This document shows, piece after piece, positions 51,093 through 64,000 of a stretch of DNA of 64,000 nucleotides. A model generated the notes under the pieces. The model did no database searches and had not been told where the DNA came from. It saw only the letters and a program-made list of their open reading frames with translations. Source of the DNA: Mizuhopecten yessoensis. Lineage: Eukaryota. Both the position numbers and the translations under genes were made by a program. Position 1 is the first letter of the stretch. Every line of letters starts with the position of its first letter. The stretch covers positions 856,702 to 920,701 of the forward strand of contig NW_018403450.1 in NCBI RefSeq assembly GCF_002113885.1, in the 5' to 3' direction.

Positions 51093-52593
51093 ATTGGAAT
51101 ATATCTATTTACTTTTATTCTCAACCGCAGACTTTCCTTTTATATATAGAAGAGGTGAAGGCAGAAATAGTTTTTTTGAGCACCAGTTTGCTGCATACAC
51201 CCAGGTATTTAACAAAACTAATGATAACATTTATGTAAGCCAGTCTTTCCAAAAATAACAGAAAACGTTAGAATTGTGGCGAGTAGCCCATTCAAAATGA
51301 CGCGCAACCAGCTTATCATGCGTGACGCTATAATAAAGTGTCACCAGCAATTCCGTTATTAAACTCCAGTATTTTCACACGTGCTTTCTACTCGTGTAAT
51401 ATATCGGTATTTTAAGTCATATCCGTGAAAAAATATATGGTATTAAACGTGAAAAAAATAAATATCCCGTATTCATTGACGCTCCGGTTATGTAGCTATT
51501 AGGATTTGTCTTTTCTTTTTTTTCTTGTAACATTAATCTTCACATTTTCCCCTATGCTATATCCTCTCGAAAATATTTCCACACATTTGAGTTCACTTTA
51601 CTGGATAATTAATTAAAACTTTAATAAAAACCCGCAAAAAACCCTGATAACATTAAGGGGAATCTCAATAAGACTTTATTAAACAATGGAATATTACTTA
51701 TCCCAATAATAAACAAAATTCATAAGCGTTATTATAACATAAACATCCTTATGAGTTTGATTTTATGGCATACTTTTATATGGCCTTATATTTAATTCGG
51801 CTGTTTTGTAAAATATTTCGGCAACACTTATAGTCTCATTATGGTACTTGATAAAAAACAGGTTTCACAGGCAACGAAGATGAACTGCAGTCGAAAAGCA
51901 TCCTCTGTATATATAACAATTATGAACAAATGTACCATTATGCTTTCATGAACATATACAAATATATATACATTGTACGCCACAATAATGTAAAATATGT
52001 ATCATATGACCACCTCTAAATACCACAGGACAACACAAGTATCATGTATGCATTCTATGGGCGTCATGGTTTTAGTTAGTAAAATAATTAGTAACGACGC
52101 TGAAAAAAATATTACATTAGTTTGAGCAAAAAAACCCGCCATGGATACATTGATATAGAAATGCAAACACAACACAAAAGATTCTTCACAGATACAAATA
52201 TCTTTTGAACTCAGTCTCTCAATTTCTAATCAGAAAAACATCGATTTGTTCCGTTTTAATGGTAAAGGTAATATGTAGTTCAATTACAATTTAAATGCTT
52301 CACGCAGTCATTTCCGCTATTAAGTATTCATTAATAATATTAAAGGTTAAACGAATGAAAATCCATGTCGAAAGTGTCTTTCCAACTTTTTGGCATCTAA
52401 CGTCACCGATAAGTCTTAGAAGGGTGAAACAGCATTATGATGAAGATTGATTTGTTTTAGCAAGATGGATCTTTTCAAAATACTTTGCGTCCACAAGTAT
52501 CAACTTTAAACTGAAATTGCTGTCAATCATTTTTTAATTATGTAAATACCGATATCATAAGATGTCCGCCAAATAACTGATTTAATTCACATT

Positions 52594-55500
52594 TTATTTC
52601 CGTTTCTCCAATTTCACCCATACGCCATTTTTAGACCGGAGAACGGCTTCCGTTTGTGGGACGGTCTCATGATCCAGATCAGGCAAGATCTTGAATCTGC
52701 AATTAAACATAGTTAATATAAACAAATATATAGCCCCAGTGTAAAATTACCCTTATTTAATTAAAAATCCTCTAAATTTGGTTCGATTCTCTCAAAAATA
52801 CGAGTCACCTATTTCACATAGAGAAGTTCAAAATCCCATTTGTCTGGTTAGAAAACCAATATATCTAACAGACATTTATACCATGGTACTTATCTTTACA
52901 CACTGGTTTCCGTTTATGGGGACTGTTATTAAAATGATTCGTATTTTATATTTGTGTTTATATATCTTTCTCGTGTTCTTATTACTTACCGTTTAATAGT
53001 CTGTGCAATGGCCACCTTTATTTCATTAAGTGCAAAGTTTTGTCCTATGCAATTTCTGGAAAAAAAATAATATCTGTCCTCAAATGCCACACACAACAAC
53101 ACTTGTCGGCTTTAGTTTTACTACAGACTGTAAAGTAAAGTTTTTTTTCAAGTGAAGCTTGTCTGTTGTAGAAGGTTCCGATTACTTTCCCACGCGGTGG
53201 TCTAGGACTTGTCAGTCTACCGGGGTTCAAATTACCAATATATTTTCAAATGAGTTCTAGGCGTGTATGTTATGCAAGTCTTACAATACTACTTATATCA
53301 TAGAATAACGCATTATATGCAATATCAAATGAGAAAGTGATATTTCCATTGCAAGGTAAGAAAATACAGGAAACACGATGCTTTCTGTGCAACATACACG
53401 CATAGTAATAGATAATCACACCATGTTTTATACCATTCAAAGAATAAATATGTAAGACCCTGCACATTGACGCAATTTTATAACTTCAAGAAACTTAGCC
53501 AAAGGTCGAGACTGTGTCAAGTAAAAGTGATCTTTATAATAACTGGACTCTTGTTCACGCGTTATAGTTTTTTTCTGAACGATAAACATGCAGTGTAATT
53601 GTAAGGTGTTAGTTACCTTGGCCCGGCTGAAAACGGTACAAAACTAAAAGGATTTCTGTCTGAATCTTTGGAAAACCTGTCCGGTCGAAATGTCTGAATA
53701 TAACAAACATATACATATACTAAAAGATCATATTAGCTTGAAGTCTATCATGTTTATTATATTTCTAAAGTAAAATCATTAAGTCATACACATTGATTAT
53801 ATATCCGATATTATGGCATTTGAAACGCGAACTGCCTTTTCCGATCGCATTGTTTTCTCGTTTAATGTTTTATTATTCGCAGTTTCAAAGTTATTGTTAT
53901 GCATCCCTTATCTACTTGCGTCTGTTTGATATTATTTACCAGATAAATATCATAAAATATACCACTTGCCATTATATGAAATAGCAATAAAGATTTAAGA
54001 ACAGGAAAAATGACAGAAATATTCTTTTTGTTCTATTTTGCCTGATGAATATACAAAAATGTATACAAAGGGGAATAAATGTGTTTGATTAATATATAGT
54101 ACGTTATAGAAAAGTTTTATAGAAAACTGTAATTGAAACGGGGTTTTTCGTCAATATTATAATTGATACCAAATAGGTAAAAACGTAACAAATCATTTAA
54201 AAAATAATTTTACCAATCAAATCTTACCTCAGGATCTGTCCAGATGTCCTCGCGATGGTTGATGGACTCTATAAGAATGTTCACCTCACTATTTGCAGGT
54301 AGTGTCATTCCATCTATCGTATGCTCCATTGTAGTTATTCTAGCAATCACACCGACAGGGGTGTGTATTCTCATCGACTCCTTCAGAAACAGTGACAGCC
54401 TTGTCATTTCTTGGATATCAGACCTGAAATATAAGTATACTAAGTATCAAATTGTGTTGTCATGGATACAAAGAGTCGTTAAAACATCCATTTAGTATCT
54501 GCTGTTTCGCAAAAGTGATAAAAAAAGAATTTTTAATTATTTTCCAGTAAAATAGTATATCTTTTTCCATAGTAAAGCAGACTATCGATATTTTTCTCGG
54601 GTGGTATTTTAACGAGCAACTCAATGAACAGTTTTCTGTTATTATTCGGTTCGATAAGCTTGCAATAATATTACCGAATATGTGGTTATGTTTATAACTT
54701 TGAGTGTGTAAAAATTACTGCTTATTCCAACGTCACTTAATCTTCCGTTTGAACAAAACAAAGTACAGTTAAGATATAATTCGCTTCCACATTGACAGTT
54801 TCTCATGTTTCACAATTAAAAATGTAATAAATGCTTCTTGCAGTTACTTTCATTGGAGATACCTTTTATTGCTCATTTCTCGAATGCCCACATGTCAGAA
54901 CTGAGTGGACGCCGTGAACAATTTGTGACATATTAACCTATGTAAACATGTTCAAAGGGTTCATATTGAAAATTGATATTTGTTGCATACAATGTTTTAA
55001 CAAACTTAGATTACTACATAAAGTAAAAACCATATTAATACTTCTATATTATTATATTATATTTTAAAATGTGCACATTATTGATATCGTAACTCTAGCA
55101 TTTGATATAAACTGAAATGATAAGATATTTTTTTTCAACACCCTTTCCCTATTCCACTATTTAACACGATTTACCCGTACCATTTCACATTTGACTTGTC
55201 GCCGATCACCTTCTGTACTTCATCGAAGACTTTCTCTTGTTCATCCGGATATTTGGAACACAAATACAACGTCCAGCTGATAGCGGCCGCTGTGGTATCA
55301 TGACCTGCAAGGTAATACTTTCATATATTACAGGGATTTAACGTAGGACCTCACTTTTATAATAAAGTTGCTATACTCTATTACAAACTAGTGTCTGTAT
55401 ATAAATTCGTAATATATTAATACACAGTTCACTACAAAAACGTGTCTGTATATACATTCGTGATTTAGTAAAACACAGTTCATTCCAAAAACAAATTCAG

Positions 55501-58500
55501 TTTGAACATTCCTGATATATCAATACACAGTTCACTACAACAAAGTGTTGGTAAAAACATTCGCGATATATTCTAAGCCGACATAGACTGTTCTTAAATA
55601 TAACTGTCAGGTTTATGTTTGATGAAATATTCAAAGAAAATAAAGTTAAAATATCATACAAAGTCCATCACTTAATCTATCGATTTGTAATAACTAACCG
55701 CCAAACAGGAAGGTGTCGACCTCGTCCCTGACCTCACGGTCGGTCAGTCCCTCGCCCTGCTCGTCTCTGGCGGTAAGCAGAATGTCCAGGAAGTCTGGTC
55801 GGCGTTTATTTACCTTGGAATCCTCAGCCGCCTTCAAATAAAGAATTATTCGATTTTAAGTTTTTGAAAGATTTTTTTCTTTAAAAAAATGGAGATATTC
55901 TATCATATTGAATAAAAACTATTGTTTTTGAATTTGTTCCAAGACCAGCATAGTTCATTAGCCTAACAAATCAGCCATATCATTATTTCTGTATAACATG
56001 TTAAGGTAACATGATTACAGGACTACCATATTACATTTCTTCGGATGATTGATATGGAAACTTATGCATGGCGTCAAATAGTTTAATATCAAAATTATTT
56101 GTGCGTAGGTAGTTTGATATTGCCTAGCGTTAGATAATTTCAAACTGACAAACTTGGCATTGCTATTTTCTCTAGTCGAGTTATCTCTATAAATTACAAA
56201 GCTTGTAATCATCAGAATGGAATGTCTTTTGTAATTGTACATGTTAATCGACACGAAAAAAATATGGTTTAAAAATCTTTTTCATATATTACAATGAATC
56301 TTTACCAAGGCTTTTCTTCGTTCTGTGATGACCATTTCATCAAAGTCATGTACATATTTTACATTCTGAAAGAATTTCTTCCCGTCAGCGGTGAGTCGAA
56401 AAAATACTTCTGGATACAGCCATGGTTTCCTGCATTGGAACACAAATAATATTTTCTGATTATCAGACAAATGATTAATATCAACATATCGGCGGGATCA
56501 ATATTCGTAGTAAACATAAATGCTGTACAATGGTAAGAAATTGTATTTAAAGCTTTATTGTAAACAATGATTTAAAAAATATGGCACATTGCATATTTGT
56601 TTTATATTAAATATGATAATAAGTTAAAAATTAACAACATTTCCAATTTTATGACATTGCATGCAAAAAATGTAAATCACTGTATTTTAACAGTTAATTT
56701 GAATTCGCCAATACTTTGTAATCACGTGGATTTGTTTTCAATACTCATTAAGAATGTATTCATATCTGTGAATGATTTGCATTGGAATACACGAAAGTAA
56801 TCTTCTACAAAATTTAAGTCCTTTTAGTATATAATAGGAATTGGCATAGGAGAGGGAGCTATGTCACCGGGACTGTACACATCGATGGTCGTCTGTGATC
56901 ATCATTGTCACCATTGTAGTAAATAAGCTATTGTTTCCAGTCATTGCAATCTGACATTGTGTATATGTATGAAATGTATAACTTAAATCACGATAAGTAC
57001 TTACAGCATTCGCGCACCTGCTAGAGTGGTGATATTCCTGACAGCTGTCACGTACGGATGACTTGAACTGTATAAGAGTGGCGAGACTAAGTTAAAATAA
57101 TTGTAATCTTAATGAAGTGGCAAGTACAATAATGAAAGACATTAAGAAGAGAGCAATGCAATGCATACTACAAAAACAACATTCGTCATTTAGTAATAAT
57201 TGTTTTAGGAAAAATGAAATTCCTTCAATAAGGTTAATGTAGCTGTGGTCTTTTTCAAAAGAAAAGGAACGGAAAACCCAATCTGATTTAGTGACCCTTT
57301 ACATGTGAATCAATTTAACTCACAAGTATCTAAATGTAACGGATACAGAAACTGATAGATACGCTTTTATTTTAGTTTTGGACGCTTTTGCGTCCAACTA
57401 ACAGCTGAGGTGTTGTATAAGGAGATTATCCACATTCTGGATATCGTATCATGACATTCGACCCTGACAATATATTCTTACAACGAGATAACCAATAGTG
57501 TCAAGGAGATAAAGTCTAAGTTCAGCTGTTCATACAAAAGAAAACCCGATTCTGTAGGAGAAGGAGAACACACAACAGTCGTCTCATACGATCATGTAGT
57601 GGTAAAACAGCAGGTCTGTTTCCTCCCAAACCTGACAGGTATATGTTGTTGAAGCTTGTAGGGTTCATATATAACAGGTTTTTTTTTCAAGACAGCTTAC
57701 AGAAATCATTTCATCTTGATACTTTATGAACCTATGTATATTTGTTATAGAACTGCAAAGAACTGTATGCATGCTATAATATTGGTTAATATCTATTAAT
57801 TCTAAGCAAATTTATAGACATACCCTTCTGTTTGTATATTTTCATCAACTGAGAATGCGCATCTCAGCACTGTGTCCAGAGTAGCCTTCCCCACCGGTTC
57901 ACTGAGCTCCACACCTTTACCCCCGGACACAGCCTTCTCCAGGTGTGTCTTCAATGATACATATCAGAAACATAATTGTTGCAATATGTCGTCGTTTCAA
58001 CTTTTTAAACATAAATGGAAATAATTTCAAGAGCGAAATGTTGCTTATTGGTTAACAAATACTCAAACAACATTGTGATTTAAATATTAGAGAACGTTAT
58101 TTTACTCTAAAGAATAATTGATAGAGGAAATAACCTCCCACAAGATGTTATTTCATTGTTAACGTATTTGTCTTTGAGAAAAAATGTTTACCACAATGAA
58201 TTTCAAACTATATTGATGTGGATGTAGAGGCAGCAATGCCTGCATTCACTAATATCCTATTAAATCTAAACATCCTGTTAAATTTTTTTTATACCCTTAG
58301 TGCCGAGAAAAGCGGGTCAGAACAGGTGCTATACAATTGCTGTTTTATACCCTTAGTGCCGAGAAGAGCGGGTCAGAACAGGTACTATACAATTGCTGTT
58401 TTCCGGCAAACCTTACGGATGTTCTACTTCCTGGTTACAGATTTATCGGATTTTGTAGATTATGTTTGAGTTAGGATTTTAGAAAGAAAATTATATTATT

Positions 58501-61077
58501 GAGCTGTAAACACTATCATTACAGGGAATTGGAGGTCATAGATTAATAATCACATGTATCTGATAGAATCGCGTAATTATATCGACGATGTAAATAATAA
58601 TTTACATTGTCTGCTTCTTGCACACAGTCCGGGAGCCCGTCATTAAATGACAATAGCTGTTGATAGGACGTTAAACAATACTAAACCAAACCAAACCAAC
58701 ATTGTCTGTCATATTCTTGACTTACCAAAAAAGTATCGAAAACTTTGTTGAAAGTGACTACATGTGTTTTCAGAACATCTATATGGAAGGCTGGGTTAAG
58801 AAGACGTCTATTTCTCTCCCATCGCTTCCCTGAGTTCAATATCAAACCATTTCCTGTTTGATAGGAAAATAAATATATATGATATTTTACCAGGGTTTCA
58901 GATACGAATGCATCTTATAATTGGTCTTTTTGCAACTTAACCTTTTTGTAAACGTGCATTTGTCAAATTCGCCTTATCTCATTGTAGCTTCGGCAAAGAG
59001 GACGTTATCTTACTGTACTAACTGACAGAGTTTCGAACTAGCAAGAATGTCATAACATACCAATAAAGAAATTTGTAAGTAATTTCAATCCATTTAAACA
59101 TACAACCAATCGATCAAATTTAAAGAAATTTACTCGAGATCTTTGACACGATTCCAACTGCGGAAGTTCTTTGAACACATTGTATGATGTAGTGCATACA
59201 CTATACAGGCATCATAACGTCATCGGGTACCACGTGGAAACATCATGTGAGAGACCGATTCCGAACTAAATGTATTTACTCACCCTGGCATCCTTCTGTA
59301 CACATATCAACACTTACTATCACCACTTACCTAACCATGGTATAAATGCAAAGTAGCCACCGCCCATCTGCACGGGTTTAGGTTCGGCTGTCTTCAGAAT
59401 GACCTTGGCAGTCTCGGGATGACACAAGGTAAATACAGGATAGAAAAACATGATCCACATACCGGAAACCCTCTTCCCAGTATCTTTGATACCATTGTTC
59501 ACAAGGCGGATGTAGTCTGTAAAATCTTGAATCTGTATAAGATAGTTTGGCGCTATTCAACTAGAGAATCTAACAAAACAAGATAGGTAATGATTCATTT
59601 GAATAATATATAATCCAGACAGACCTTTCCCTCAATATATACACTGAAGGAAATACTTTATGATCCCCGACAAGACGAATCGAAGGCGAAATCAAAGCCC
59701 AGACCATGAAACAATTTCAATAATCAACCATATATGTCTGTGCTTTAACCTCTCTCGTCACTCGCTTAATGCATGCAACACGGTCAACTGTATTAGTAAC
59801 TGACAGTTTCTCTTTATTTCCTCTACATCACTTGAATGTTGAATAATTGATCCTTGTACAAGACATTTGGTCTGCGCAGAGAAAGGTTGTTTTATACATG
59901 AAAGCGATTAATTAAACACGGACTAAGTTGTTACAGGAGAGTGCAATTTTGCAAATAAAAAATCAGATGTCTTTTTTTCTTCTATTTATTTCTATTGCTA
60001 TTTAAACCAGCAAAGGCTAACACCAAAACTTGGATTTTCCTTTTTGTTTTCAAGGGAATGTAGGTAAATTGACTTCATGAAAACGATTTTTACTTAAGGA
60101 ATAAACGTATTCTCATTAACGGTTGTTATTTTAAGATAAGATTGCTTGATATGTCATATGATATTGCTGTTCCATATAGCATCTTTGTAAAAAAAGCTAT
60201 TCTAAATTTTGCATTGCAATGTAAAGATTGACGAACACAGTTGAAAATATTAAAAACATAAGTGAATGCTTGTACTTCATGAAAGTATCAGGAAACCGTT
60301 TAAACGTATTATTAGGAAAAAACTATTGATAGAATTTCGTAAAAGTACAGGAAACGTAGATGCCACTTACACGTACCGTTTGTTAATGTCACTTACCAGT
60401 TGTTGATGTCACTTACCGGTTGTTGATGTCACTTATCGGTTGATGATGTCACTTACCAGTTATATATGTCACTTGCCAGTTATAAATATCACCTACCAGT
60501 TGGTGGTGTCACTTACCGGTTAGTGGTGTCACTTACAAGTTGGTGATGTCACTTAACAGTTATAGATGTCACTTTCAGGTAAAGATATCACTTTCCAGTT
60601 ATAGATGTCACTTACCAATTATAGATGTCACGTACCGGTTGGTGGTGTTACATACCAGTTGTTGATGTCACTTACTGGTTGTTGATATCACTTACCGGTT
60701 GGTGGTGTCACTTATCGGTTGATGATGTCACTTACCAGTTATAGATGTCACTTACCAATTATAGATGTCACTTACTGGTTGTTGATGTCACTTACCGGTT
60801 GGTGGTGTCACTTATCGGTTGATGATGTCACTTACCAGTTATAGATGTCACTTACCAATTATAGATGTCACTTACTGGTTGTTGATGTCACTTACCAGGT
60901 GAAGATATCACTTACCAAGTAAAGATGTCCCCAGATTGGATGACGTTTTCCAATTGACAAAAAGTTCCCAGATGAAAATAAGGCACTGTTTACTCTATGT
61001 GTTCTGATTATGGCACTGCCCTTCCACAGCAGAAGGATGAAAAATACAGTACCAAGTATTAGAACGGAGAAGTCCAT
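52594..61077 (-). CDS. CYP4: Cytochrome P450 family 4 gene C, more divergent paralogue with GGHDTT I-helix, 12 coding exons, 500 aa
   Basis: Exons (minus): 61077-60916, 59532-59331, 58853-58726, 57948-57824, 57067-57005, 56429-56306, 55831-55699, 55304-55181, 54423-54228, 53693-53617, 53055-52990, 52696-52594 (TAA); exon sizes match gene B. Motifs: [34 protein letters not shown]. Confidence 0.94.
55380..55572. repeat. Short diverged tandem repeat (~50-bp period) in CYP4-C intron 7
   Basis: ACACAGTTCACTACAA and GTGTCTGTATATAMATTCGT recur 3-4 times. Confidence 0.6.
58287..58402. repeat. 56-bp two-copy tandem duplication
   Basis: TTTTATACCCTTAGTGCCGAGAARAGCGGGTCAGAACAGGTRCTATACAATTGCTG occurs twice. 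Confidence 0.9.
58620..58700 (+). mobile_element. 3' fragment of the (AAACC)n-tailed SINE
   Basis: Near-identical to 18293-18355. Confidence 0.75.
60358..60920 (-). repeat. 20-bp minisatellite (about 28 units, local 100-bp higher-order period) built from the CYP4-C exon-1 donor
   Basis: Each unit carries GTAAGTGACATC or a variant on the minus strand; the last unit is the real donor at 60916|60915. Confidence 0.95.
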
Positions 61078-63382
61078 GGTGAAATTTTCTGAAACATTTA
61101 ATGTATAGTACATATATAGTTAGTGATGCATGCCACGTAACTGTGACACGTTCCTTTTATATAATTGAGTAAAGCAAATCAAACACTGTTAAATACATTG
61201 TTTATGACACGTAAGTTGTAACGTAATCTATGTCATTTTATTAAAACAAATTTGAAAAGCCAGACTTCTGTTTCACAAACGCTACTGAACTATTGAATTT
61301 GGGGCCAGGAGTTTGCATTCACTTGAACCATTATATAATAGTAGCTGTAAGGGAGGTAACTCTAACATAGTTTAGGGTATGGTATGTTGTGACAACTTAA
61401 CTTAGAAACCGACAGTTTCGGGGTTTAATGTAAGGTTTCTCATTTGGAGTTATGTGAAGTTTAAGAACGCTGCTTCCGTTCTCTTTTCGGTATTTATAAT
61501 GACAACTTTCTAACGGAGCAACACTTTTTATGAGAATGCAATTTGTGATTTTCTACTTTTTCGGTGACATTTTCTTTTTAAAGTCGTAACCGACTTGGTT
61601 CTCGGATGGAAACAATTTGGGCACCCTTCCCAAACACTCACTTCACTGGCCCTTACTTTGATATTGCTCTTCATATACACATGTATAACGTTTGATCTAG
61701 GTTTTCAAAAACCATTCCATACAGCGTCTATCATACGTAACACACTGTATCTATGTGGGATATGGATAGTCTATCCGAAGGTGTAGAGGTTAGGTCGGGA
61801 CCGAGGCTCTAATTCATGAAATTCATGGGATGATGTACGAGTCGACAGTCGTCACACTGCCGAAGATATAAGCATACTCATATACAAGCAAAATGTACAA
61901 GATTACAATCAACGCACGAGGTGATGGAGAATTGTAGCGATAGGGAAGTGTTGGATGGCGATTCCGAGTCAGACGGCGATTCCGATGATAGAGCTAGGAA
62001 CCGGTCTATGCTAGCAGGCGTGGAAATTAGCGCACAAAGAATATATGCGTCATCATACATTGAGTCCACAATGTTGATCGATTGTTGAGTGTGCGCCACA
62101 ATGATATTTCCTATCACTGAGAATCACTTAAGAGCGAAAAAATCAATTCTACGACTTAATCTACCTTATTATACCAGTAAACTTCAATTAGCATTGAATT
62201 TTACAAAACACAATCTAAATCATAAATTCATGACCGAACTTAATGACGTACCAGCTAAATAATCTATGCATGGCTAACTTAATGATGTACAATCTAAATC
62301 ATATTTGCATGGCCCAAATTACGGAAACACTCTCTAAATTAGCGAAGCACCATTTAAATTTAAAAACCATATCCAAGTTATCGGGACATGGACCAGTTTT
62401 CAGGAACAACAACCAATTTTCAGGGACAACAACCAATTTTCAGGAACATAACAATTCAATAAGATTGTGCCTTTGTTCCCGAAAACTGGTCGTTGGCCCC
62501 CGAAAATTAAGTCGTTGTCCCGCTCACTCGCACAGCGGTATTCCCTTTGATGTAGCCGCGCTCCGGCGAAGCCCGTACAGGTGAGGCAGTCTATAGTCCC
62601 TGCCTTGCTGGCCGTGTTGTCGGTATAGCTATGCAAAGACGGTCGCTCTAATTCCGTAATCAAAACGATATAATAACACAGGTCGATAGTACACTTATAT
62701 TTACTTCGAATGAAATAAATAAAGACCAAGGAAATAATGCTTATTTTGTACTACGGCCAGGGTTAGGATCGAAATGAACGACCATTTGAGAATAATGCAT
62801 AACTTTTACCGTATTGCTGAACTGGTGCTTTGATACATCACTCCAGGGACACATGAAGCCAGTATATACGTCTCTGATCACTCATATAATAATCAAAGAC
62901 ACAATATGAACTCTCAATATTAACGATATTTAATGACGAACGATAAGTACGTCCCGATGTCGTATACAACTTATATTACGTAAACTATATCCCCCGGCTC
63001 CGTTCGGTCCGAGGTACTAGTTGTCCAGTATTTATTGATAAACTCGTGCAAATGATGAACCGATTGTGTAAATGTTCATAAACGAACCACTGTATATATA
63101 TATATATGTTAAGACAGTTTACGTTCCTATTTTGCTTTATATACCTTTCAATCGTTTTTAATGTTGTTAATAGTTTTGTGGTTTATATAATCCTCTTAGT
63201 AAGGAGATTCCCGATCACCTGTCCTCTCAGCTTTTAATTTCTATTGTATTTAACAAAAATGTATTTTATTCATATTTGGTTTTTTTAATCATAACTTATA
63301 TAATTGTAATTAAATGGAACTTTATCTTCCCTGTACTGTCGTAAGAATATCCCTTCTGAGTACATGTTTCATGTTATAATAT

Positions 63383-63520
63383 TTAAGGTTTAACTTTCTA
63401 TTTAGTTTAGGTTATCGGGTGATAAATAATCGGCGAAGCCGATAAAGAAGAAATAATTTACCCGGGTTCCATTGTAGTTATCACCCGATAACCTAAACTG
63501 AATAGAAAGTTAATCCTTAT
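63383..63520. repeat. Long palindrome with an internal CGGCGAAGCCG hairpin, probable terminus of a non-autonomous element
   Basis: About 41-bp arms: AAGGTTTAACTTTCTATTTAGTTTAGGTTATCGGGTGATAA / TTATCACCCGATAACCTAAACTGAATAGAAAGTTAATCCTT. Confidence 0.8.
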
Positions 63521-64000
63521 ATAGCCTTTTTCTTAACATAAAACGCGTCCATTTATGTCATCAAAGTAAACGTATATAAATGAACACACAATCCAGCCGT
63601 CCTGTCAGTCAACAACGTGACGTCATCGGAATGTATGAATTTCAACAATGTATGTTTACATTTCAACAATGTATTTTTTGCATGAATACACTAATGAGTT
63701 AGGTATCCGAGGTACTCTTGTTAACTTCCTAAAACAGCAATGTAAACTCCCGGGTTGTTGAAACTTCGAGTGATAATGACAATGATCTCCACAAAGGCTT
63801 TCATTAGAAAAAATACCATTTAAGTTACGTTTATGTGTTTAAAGTGAACGAAATTTCGAAATATCTTGTTTCTTTATTCATTTAAAGCGAACTTAACCAT
63901 TTCAGAAAGATAATGTGCATCCGTATGTCAGTTATCAAAACTGTATAAAATAAAATGAGAAAAAAAATAGAGCGTTATTCTTAACCAGAGACGTTATATT

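Noticed and set aside
61800-62600. GC-richer patch with short internal repeats upstream of CYP4-C
   Set aside because: Probably MITE or transposon debris; termini, TSD and coding identity could not be established.

Overview
AT-rich, intron-rich animal genomic DNA; the repeat families and gene structures suggest a bivalve mollusc (inference). I reconstructed five multi-exon genes by hand, all with GT-AG junctions and consistent phases. Two are tandem minus-strand proline/hydroxyproline dehydrogenase paralogues: a complete one (9 exons, 483 aa, PRODH2-type VYKSIPYG motif) and one that runs off the left edge after exon 6. Three are intact cytochrome P450 family 4 genes with 12 coding exons each (499, 500 and 500 aa; minus, plus, minus). 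Introns and spacers carry SINEs, MITEs, a triple-nested retroelement stack (Penelope-like RT, RNase H LINE, LINE tail) and a miniature AcademH-like transposon. The most unusual pattern is that five tandem duplications or minisatellites sit exactly on splice junctions of these genes. They include a ladder of at least five in-frame donors 72 nt apart in PRODH2-like A, about 17 extra GTAAGT copies behind CYP4-C exon 1, and an in-frame duplicated acceptor in CYP4-B. CYP4-C also lacks the heme-linking I-helix Glu, and PRODH2-like B has Ser at a normally Leu active-site position. No database searches were run; family calls rest on recalled motifs.
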